A stretch of 64,000 bases of DNA from Candidatus Latescibacterota bacterium (GTDB lineage: Bacteria; Latescibacterota; UBA2968; GCA-2709665), in assembly GCA_965219995.1 (NCBI GenBank), contig CBDCOX010000002.1:1824001-1888000 (forward strand), in the 5' to 3' direction. Below, piece after piece: positions 57,870-64,000 of the stretch (positions are counted from its first letter, which is position 1; each line of letters opens with the position of its first letter). The position numbers and the translations under genes are program-made. The notes beneath the pieces were generated by a model. The model was given only the letters and a program-made list of their open reading frames with translations, had not been told where the DNA came from and made no database searches.

Positions 57870-59348
57870 ATGCCCGATTTCATCCGTTCCGACAAACCCA
57901 ATGTACTGCTGATCTGTACCGATCACTGGAGCGGGATGCTCACCGGCGAGGCGGGCCATCCGGTCGTCTCCACGCCGACGATCGACCATCTGGCCAGGTG
58001 CGGAGTCTCCTACACGAATGCCTATTCCGCATGCCCCTCCTGTATACCCGCCCGCCGCTCCCTGTTCACCGGCATGAGCCCGAAAGCAAACGGCATGCGC
58101 TCGTTTGTCGACGGCGTTGACTTTCCCGATGCGCCCACGCTCGCCCAGTGCTTTCGCGACGCGGGATATCAGGCCTACGCCGTGGGGAAACTGCACGTCT
58201 ATCCTCAGCGCGACCGGATCGGCTTCGACGACGTCCTCGTGGAGGAGCAGGGGCGGCACGTCCATCATGACATTCCGGATGGCATGGCCGACGACTATGA
58301 GCTCTTCCTGGCCGAACAGGGGTACGGAGGACAGGAGTACGCCAGCGGGATGACACAGAACGAATACATCGCCCGAACCTGGCACCTGCCCGAATACTGC
58401 CATCCGATAAACTGGGCGGCGAGGGAGATGTGCAAAACCATCCGTCGACGGGATCCGAGAAAGCCCGGATTCTGGTACCTCTCCTTCTCCGCGCCGCATC
58501 CGCCCACGACGCCGCTGCAAACCTACCTGGATCTCTACCGGGACGTACCTCTGGACGAACCTGCCACGGGCAACTGGTCGGAAAACTTCGATGACCTTCC
58601 TTACCATATCAAGACACTCAGCAACCCGGACAACCTCGCGATGGCGCGCGCCAAGCCGCACGAATGGGAATTCTCGCGCCGCGCCTATTACGCAACGCTC
58701 ACCCATATCGACCATCAGATCCGGGTCGTCATCGGATACCTGCGGGAATGCGGACTCCTGGACAACACCATCGTCGTCTTCACGAGCGACCACGGCCACA
58801 TGGTCGGAGAACACGGCCTGTGGTGTATGACGCCGTTTTACGAAATGTCGGCCAGGATTCCTCTGGTCGTCATGCCCGTCAGGGGTGACGCTCGTCTTCC
58901 CGCCGGAACACATGACGGTCGCCTGGCCGAGTTCGCCGATATCATGCCGACCCTGCTGGACCTGACGGGCGTTCCCGTCCCGGACCAGGTCGACCGGCAG
59001 AGCCTGGCAGGCGACCGGCGCCGCGACGAACTCTACGGCGAACATGGAGAAGGTTCCGCGGCGATGCGTATGGTACACGACGGGCGATTCAAACTCATTT
59101 ACTATCCCGTAGGAAATCAGGCTCAGCTCTTCGACGTCGAAAATGATCCGCGGGAAACTCGGGACCTCGCCGGCGATACCGGCCACGCCGGCATCCTTGA
59201 CCGGCTCAGGAATCGTCTGGTCGCGAACCTCTACGGCGAAGATCTCAACTGGATCGAGGACGGCGAACTCGTCGGCCTTCCCGCCAGGGAATACGTACCC
59301 TCGGCCAAGCGTGCGATGCGCGGCCAGCGCGGCCTTCGGTATATGTGA
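57870..59348 (+). CDS. formylglycine-dependent sulfatase
   Basis: PNVLLICTD, CIPAR (CxPxR), GKLH, PHPP, SDHG. Confidence 0.92.
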   Translation: MPDFIRSDKPNVLLICTDHWSGMLTGEAGHPVVSTPTIDHLARCGVSYTNAYSACPSCIPARRSLFTGMSPKANGMRSFVDGVDFPDAPTLAQCFRDAGYQAYAVGKLHVYPQRDRIGFDDVLVEEQGRHVHHDIPDGMADDYELFLAEQGYGGQEYASGMTQNEYIARTWHLPEYCHPINWAAREMCKTIRRRDPRKPGFWYLSFSAPHPPTTPLQTYLDLYRDVPLDEPATGNWSENFDDLPYHIKTLSNPDNLAMARAKPHEWEFSRRAYYATLTHIDHQIRVVIGYLRECGLLDNTIVVFTSDHGHMVGEHGLWCMTPFYEMSARIPLVVMPVRGDARLPAGTHDGRLAEFADIMPTLLDLTGVPVPDQVDRQSLAGDRRRDELYGEHGEGSAAMRMVHDGRFKLIYYPVGNQAQLFDVENDPRETRDLAGDTGHAGILDRLRNRLVANLYGEDLNWIEDGELVGLPAREYVPSAKRAMRGQRGLRYM

Positions 59349-59402
59349 CCGTCATCGCCGCGAGACCCACACCACGCGGTCACCCACCGGAAGGAGCCTT
59401 GC

Positions 59403-61763
59403 ATGCCCTCATCCGCAGCCGAAACGTCCGTCCGCGCGGTCACGGTGATGATCTACACCCGTTACGAATATCGCAAGGTGTACGCCCGGGTCCACCTGCT
59501 CGGCGAAACCCATCTCGCGCCAGGGGGCAAAGTGGAACTGGTTCTGTACAGCACGCGCTCCGGGGAGACGAGAGAAACCAAAGACGTCGAAGCGGTCGGG
59601 TGCGACGAAGTCGCCTTTGACACCGGGGAGATTCCGTCGGGCTGCTGCGACTTCAAAGCGACCTTTGTCGACCGGTTCGGCACCCGCTTCGCCACCCGTA
59701 CGTTGCAGGACAAGTGGCCGGGCGACCTTCCGTGGCTGGGGTCCCGCGAGGGGATCACCCGGCGGATACCCGGTCCATGGACGCCGCTGAATGCCACCGA
59801 AACCGGAGACGGCCTGGAAATCACCTGCTGGGGCAGAACGTACACCTTTTCGACAACCGCCTTTGCGGCGCAGGCGACGTCTGCCGGCAGCCGGCTGCTT
59901 GCCGGCCCTCTGAGGCCGGTCGCCCGTGTAAACGGTAAAAAGGTCCGCTGGACCGGCGGCCGTTTCGAACTGATCTCGGCGGAGAGAGACCGGGCGGTGT
60001 TCAACGTACGTTTCGAGTCCTCTTCGAGTCTGACCGTGTCGGCCAGACTTGAAGTCGACTTCGACGGGATGGCACGAGTCGACTGGTCCGCCACCGCCGG
60101 CACGATCCTGCGCCTCGACGCGCTTTCGGTTGAAATGCCCGTTCTGAAGGACCACGCAAGATACCTGTACCACTTTCCCGGTAGCTGGGGCGAAGCCAGA
60201 AACGTCGGCGCGCTGCCGAAGAGCGATATCAAGATGGGGTTTCGCCCGTACATCTGGCTGGGCGACGAGGACCGGGGCATCTCGCTGTTTGCGGAGTCGG
60301 ATGCGGGTTTTCACGTCCGTAATCCGGGGAAAGTGACCGAAATCGTCCGTCGCAAGAACCGGGTACGGCTACGCGTCCACTGCGTCTCGACCCCGATAAA
60401 ACTCCTTCCGGGCAGCCGTCGGAACGGGCAATTTACCGGTTTCGGAACCGAAGACCTCAAGCCGCTCACGCCCGGCGGGGTCGTCACGGACGAACTTCGC
60501 TACACCTTCGGATTCCAGGCCACGCCCGTCAAGCCCGTTACGGAGGACGCCTGGGACCAGCGCGTCTTCTGCATCGGCCAGACCACGACGGGTTTCAGTC
60601 CCCGATTGGACGTTTCCGACGCCCTCCTGGACAGGTGCGTGGAGTCCGGCGTCCGGGCCGTCGTCCTCTTTGAACACTGGGCCGACGCCGAAGCGTACAC
60701 CCGGACGCCCCACGCCGCCGAAGTCCGGAAGATCGTCAGCGCCTGCAAGGACCGTGGACTTCAGATTTTGCTCTACTTCGGTTTCCTGATCTCGGACATC
60801 ATCGACGAATGGCAGGCCGTGGGCAAAGACGCGCTCATCCTGCCCAAGGGCGGATATCCTGTCTTCCACTACCAACCGCAGCCCGAACAATCCGCCTGGC
60901 GGGTCTGTCTCAACAGTCCCTGGCAGGACCTGCTCACCGACGGAATGGCGAAGATCATGGATGAATTCGACATCGACGGCGTCTACCTGGACGGGACCGA
61001 ATATCCGTTCGGCTGCTGCAACACCGAGCACGGATGCGGTCATGTAAGGGCTGACGGCAGCATCGCCCAGACCTATCCCATCTTCAGTACGCGCTCGGCG
61101 ATGCGGCGCATTTACGAGATTGTAAAGTCCCGCAAGAAGGACGGACACGTCAATGTTCACAACTCCACCTGCATGACCATGCCCACCCTCGGTTGGGCGA
61201 CCGGTTACTGGGACGGCGAGCAGTTCCAGGGTGTCGGCGGCGGGGTGGACGTTGCCAAACTTCTGCCTCTGGATGCTTTCCGCGCCGAATTCATGGGTCG
61301 CCAGTGGGGCGTTCCCGCCGAATTCCTCCACGCGGGCGCCGCCTACACGTATGAACAGGCCTGGGCTTTCACGCTTCTGCACGACGTTCCCGTCCGGCCC
61401 CACAATGCGGACGATGACCTGGACCTCGCCGCCCGGATCTGGAGGGTCATGGACGCATTCGACCGCAAAAACGCCGATTGGCTTCCCTATTGGCGAAACA
61501 AGGACCAGATCGGCGTTTCTCCAGGGAACGCGCACGCCAGCATCTATCGCCACCCGGAAAACGGCGTCCTTGCGGCGATCTCCAATATGGGCGGCAAACG
61601 CCGGACCGTCACCGTCAGGTTGGACCGGAAGAAGCTGGGCCTTACGGGAACCTTGAGTGCGAAGGATCCCCTGAACAACAAAACCGTCCCAATAAGGGAC
61701 GGTGTATTGGAGTTTCCTCTTTCCAGCCTGGAGTGGAAACTCATCCAGGTGGTCGATGGCTGA
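59403..61763 (+). CDS. glycoside hydrolase-like protein (DUF6067-type N-terminus plus TIM barrel)
   Basis: PWTPL, DFDGM, WLGDEDRG, ATPVKP, DGVYLDG, WDGEQ, WLPYW. Confidence 0.65.
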   Translation: MPSSAAETSVRAVTVMIYTRYEYRKVYARVHLLGETHLAPGGKVELVLYSTRSGETRETKDVEAVGCDEVAFDTGEIPSGCCDFKATFVDRFGTRFATRTLQDKWPGDLPWLGSREGITRRIPGPWTPLNATETGDGLEITCWGRTYTFSTTAFAAQATSAGSRLLAGPLRPVARVNGKKVRWTGGRFELISAERDRAVFNVRFESSSSLTVSARLEVDFDGMARVDWSATAGTILRLDALSVEMPVLKDHARYLYHFPGSWGEARNVGALPKSDIKMGFRPYIWLGDEDRGISLFAESDAGFHVRNPGKVTEIVRRKNRVRLRVHCVSTPIKLLPGSRRNGQFTGFGTEDLKPLTPGGVVTDELRYTFGFQATPVKPVTEDAWDQRVFCIGQTTTGFSPRLDVSDALLDRCVESGVRAVVLFEHWADAEAYTRTPHAAEVRKIVSACKDRGLQILLYFGFLISDIIDEWQAVGKDALILPKGGYPVFHYQPQPEQSAWRVCLNSPWQDLLTDGMAKIMDEFDIDGVYLDGTEYPFGCCNTEHGCGHVRADGSIAQTYPIFSTRSAMRRIYEIVKSRKKDGHVNVHNSTCMTMPTLGWATGYWDGEQFQGVGGGVDVAKLLPLDAFRAEFMGRQWGVPAEFLHAGAAYTYEQAWAFTLLHDVPVRPHNADDDLDLAARIWRVMDAFDRKNADWLPYWRNKDQIGVSPGNAHASIYRHPENGVLAAISNMGGKRRTVTVRLDRKKLGLTGTLSAKDPLNNKTVPIRDGVLEFPLSSLEWKLIQVVDG

Positions 61764-61771
61764 ACGGCGCG

Positions 61772-62752
61772 TCAGGATTCATTGACGGCCTGCAACAGGG
61801 CGTGGATGTACCCGTAGGTATAGGCGAAGGCGACTTGTGCCGGTGCCTCGCCCGATATTCCGGGGACGTGATCCGGCATGATCATATACTCGTAACCCAC
61901 CTCCTTGAACGTCCGCAGTGCTCTCAGCATGTCCACGTCGCCTTCGTCGGGAAACACCTCCACAAAGTCCCGGAATCCGCCCCTGATATTTCGAAAGTGC
62001 AGGTTGAAGATTTTCTTGCGGCGGCCGAACCAGCGGACAATCTCGTGGATTTCCTCGCCGGGGTCTTCGAGGCTCTCTGAGATCGTGCCGAGACAGAAAT
62101 TCAGACCGTTGTAAGGGCTGTCGTATGTCTCGACGAACCTCTTCAGCCCGTCCACCATGCCCATCACCCGGGCGACGCCCCGGTACGTGACATCCCCTAT
62201 CCCCGGGTCGGATGGATGACAGGCCATCTGGATCCGGTACTCTTCGGCCACCGGCATAATGCGTCCGAGCCAGTATTCGATACGTTCCCACATCGTATCG
62301 GAATCGGCCGCCCCGCCTTCGAACACCCCCAGCGTCTGGTCAAGTTTTGCGTATTCAAAAGAGGATAGCCGCGCCCCGCCGCGACCGGTTCTGGACCCGG
62401 TCCGCAGGTGTCCGAGTATGGTAATGTTGTAGTTCAAACCGCGAAGCCCCGCTTTCGAGGCCATCCGTACGATCTCGCAGAGGCGGTCGATCTGCCGTTC
62501 CCGTTCATCGCCAGGGCCCAGGAAGACGGCGCCCGCGGGATTGCTGAACGCGCTGCCCGAACCAAGCGGGATGTGAATCATCTCGAGATTGATGCCGTAC
62601 CTGTCGAATCGCTCGCGCATCCGGATGAGCATCTCCGCCGACCAGTCCGTCCACGGCTCCGACGGCGTCTGGTCCACGTGACAGACGCCCAACTGCGATA
62701 GAACCTTGATATCGGTTTCATGCCGGCATCCGACTTGCGTCCCTATGTACAT
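61772..62752 (-). CDS. mannonate dehydratase family protein
   Basis: MACHPSDP, GLNFCLGT, HFRNI, DEGDVDM, MPDHVP. Confidence 0.85.
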   Translation of the reverse strand: MYIGTQVGCRHETDIKVLSQLGVCHVDQTPSEPWTDWSAEMLIRMRERFDRYGINLEMIHIPLGSGSAFSNPAGAVFLGPGDERERQIDRLCEIVRMASKAGLRGLNYNITILGHLRTGSRTGRGGARLSSFEYAKLDQTLGVFEGGAADSDTMWERIEYWLGRIMPVAEEYRIQMACHPSDPGIGDVTYRGVARVMGMVDGLKRFVETYDSPYNGLNFCLGTISESLEDPGEEIHEIVRWFGRRKKIFNLHFRNIRGGFRDFVEVFPDEGDVDMLRALRTFKEVGYEYMIMPDHVPGISGEAPAQVAFAYTYGYIHALLQAVNES

Positions 62753-62789
62753 GCTTGAGTCCTCTCGATGGAATCCACAGAACCTGGCA

Positions 62790-63668
62790 TTACAGCACGC
62801 CGATCGTCGGGCGGGACGGCATCGCAGCGGCAAACTGCGCCACGCTTTCCCACGGGGGCTTCAGCGCGTGACGGGAGGCGACCGGCTCGGGCCGGCGATA
62901 ACGCACGTGCACGGTGTGTCTTGGACGGGCGGTGTGCCTGACGGATCCGCAGTGATAGCTGCAATTATTGAACAATACAGCGGTTCCCGCGCTGCCGTAT
63001 ATATCGACCCGGCCCGTTCGGCGCGCCAGTTCGCGTCCGAAAGCATCCACCCAGACGGGACGCTCCGGGTCGACGTAACTCACGTCGGCGTCGTCGATCC
63101 GCAGCCGGTCCCGCGCACCCCACCCGCTGCTGCCTGTGTGCGTTTTCGGCAGACTTCGCTTGGTCTCGACGCTTTCCGGAATGATGCTGAAGCAGTGGGA
63201 TTCGTCGTCGACGTCATCCATGTAGAAGATCGCCTGCAGCGCCGGGACGAAAAACTCGTTCTGGTCTGCGCCTTCCACGTTTCCGCTGTCTTCACGATGC
63301 CACACGCGCGTGAGACACAGCGGATCGCCACCATCTGCATCTTCGGGGGGTTGGACGTCACAGGGCTCCCGCCTGAGAAACGTCAGACCGGACAACCGGG
63401 CGTCCGGGCCCAGGATACGTCGGACAAGGGGCGCGATTGAGGGATGGCAGACCAGCCCGTCCAGGGCCTCGGTTCGGTGGAGGAGTTCGGGCGCGTCGCA
63501 GCCCACGGACAGATGACCGGACGCGGCGGGAGACGGCTCCCAGAATTCCGGATGCGCGTCGCGGTCCGCGGCGATTCCGTCGTTGACCCGGGCAACCTCT
63601 TCATCCGTCAGTGCGCCGGGCACGACGATATAGCCGTTTTTTTCGAAGAAACCGATCGTTTCTTCCAT
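62790..63668 (-). CDS. PhyH family dioxygenase (divergent)
   Basis: FFEKNGYIVVPGAL, WHRED, FSIIPES, GTAVLFN...HCG. Confidence 0.75.
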   Translation of the reverse strand: MEETIGFFEKNGYIVVPGALTDEEVARVNDGIAADRDAHPEFWEPSPAASGHLSVGCDAPELLHRTEALDGLVCHPSIAPLVRRILGPDARLSGLTFLRREPCDVQPPEDADGGDPLCLTRVWHREDSGNVEGADQNEFFVPALQAIFYMDDVDDESHCFSIIPESVETKRSLPKTHTGSSGWGARDRLRIDDADVSYVDPERPVWVDAFGRELARRTGRVDIYGSAGTAVLFNNCSYHCGSVRHTARPRHTVHVRYRRPEPVASRHALKPPWESVAQFAAAMPSRPTIGVL

Positions 63669-63911
63669 GGATATCTTCCCTCTCGCTACCGGTTCAGCCC
63701 GGAGCATCCAGGGGTTCGTCCCCGAACGTTCGTTCTGAGCGTTCCGACCGTTGGAGGAACCGCAACCCGTTTATTGATAGTCTTCGTCCGTTACAACCAC
63801 GGGTGCTTCCCACAGATCTAATGAGATGAATAAATAACAACGAGCGGGCATAAGTCAAGGCAAAAACCGCTGCAGCCGCCGTGCGCAAGGATGTTGCCGG
63901 GTAGTCATCCG

Positions 63912-64000
63912 ATGGATATATTGTACGTCGTTCAGCCATCACTGACCGCCATTCTCAACGCCGAGGCGGTGGAAGCACAGCAGGACCACCGGGCAGCCTG
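63912..64000 (+). CDS. possible 5' end of a gene running off the window
   Basis: Open frame MDILYVVQPSLTAILNAEAVEAQQDHRAA; no recognisable motif. Confidence 0.2.
   Translation, partial: MDILYVVQPSLTAILNAEAVEAQQDHRAA

Noticed and set aside
63690-63860. Possible structured leader upstream of the second phyH (GCACCCGT/ACGGGTTGC stem)
   Set aside because: Single short stem with no terminator or recognisable aptamer

Overview
High-GC bacterial chromosomal window with about 43 probable CDS, mostly on the minus strand. I saw no rRNA, tRNA, CRISPR array, transposase or integrase. The gene content (GWxTD-TPR proteins, PorV/PorQ barrel, DUF6785-type transporter, CRTAC1 protein with an EF-hand/dockerin-like tail, several PhyH, Gfo/Idh/MocA and sulfatase genes) suggests an FCB-group organism such as Latescibacterota; this is inference. 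There are three blocks. (1) 1-11.7 kb: small-molecule catabolic enzymes. (2) 11.8-35.6 kb: a cell-envelope locus with an OM barrel, TonB-dependent receptor, T9SS-CTD-like cargo and PorV/PorQ operon, bracketed by two GWxTD-TPR proteins and accompanied by three GT-C-like membrane proteins, one TMTC-like. (3) 36-64 kb: lipoproteins, a second TBDR, epimerases and sulfated/uronic-glycan catabolic genes. The most notable non-coding signals are a Trp-Trp leader peptide with a full 1:2/2:3/3:4 attenuator in front of a non-trp gene (18.67-18.84 kb), a long structured leader of the TBDR operon, and a ~67-bp element present twice in the locus. All family calls come from motif recognition by eye, not database searches, and several starts were moved from the ORF track on RBS evidence.
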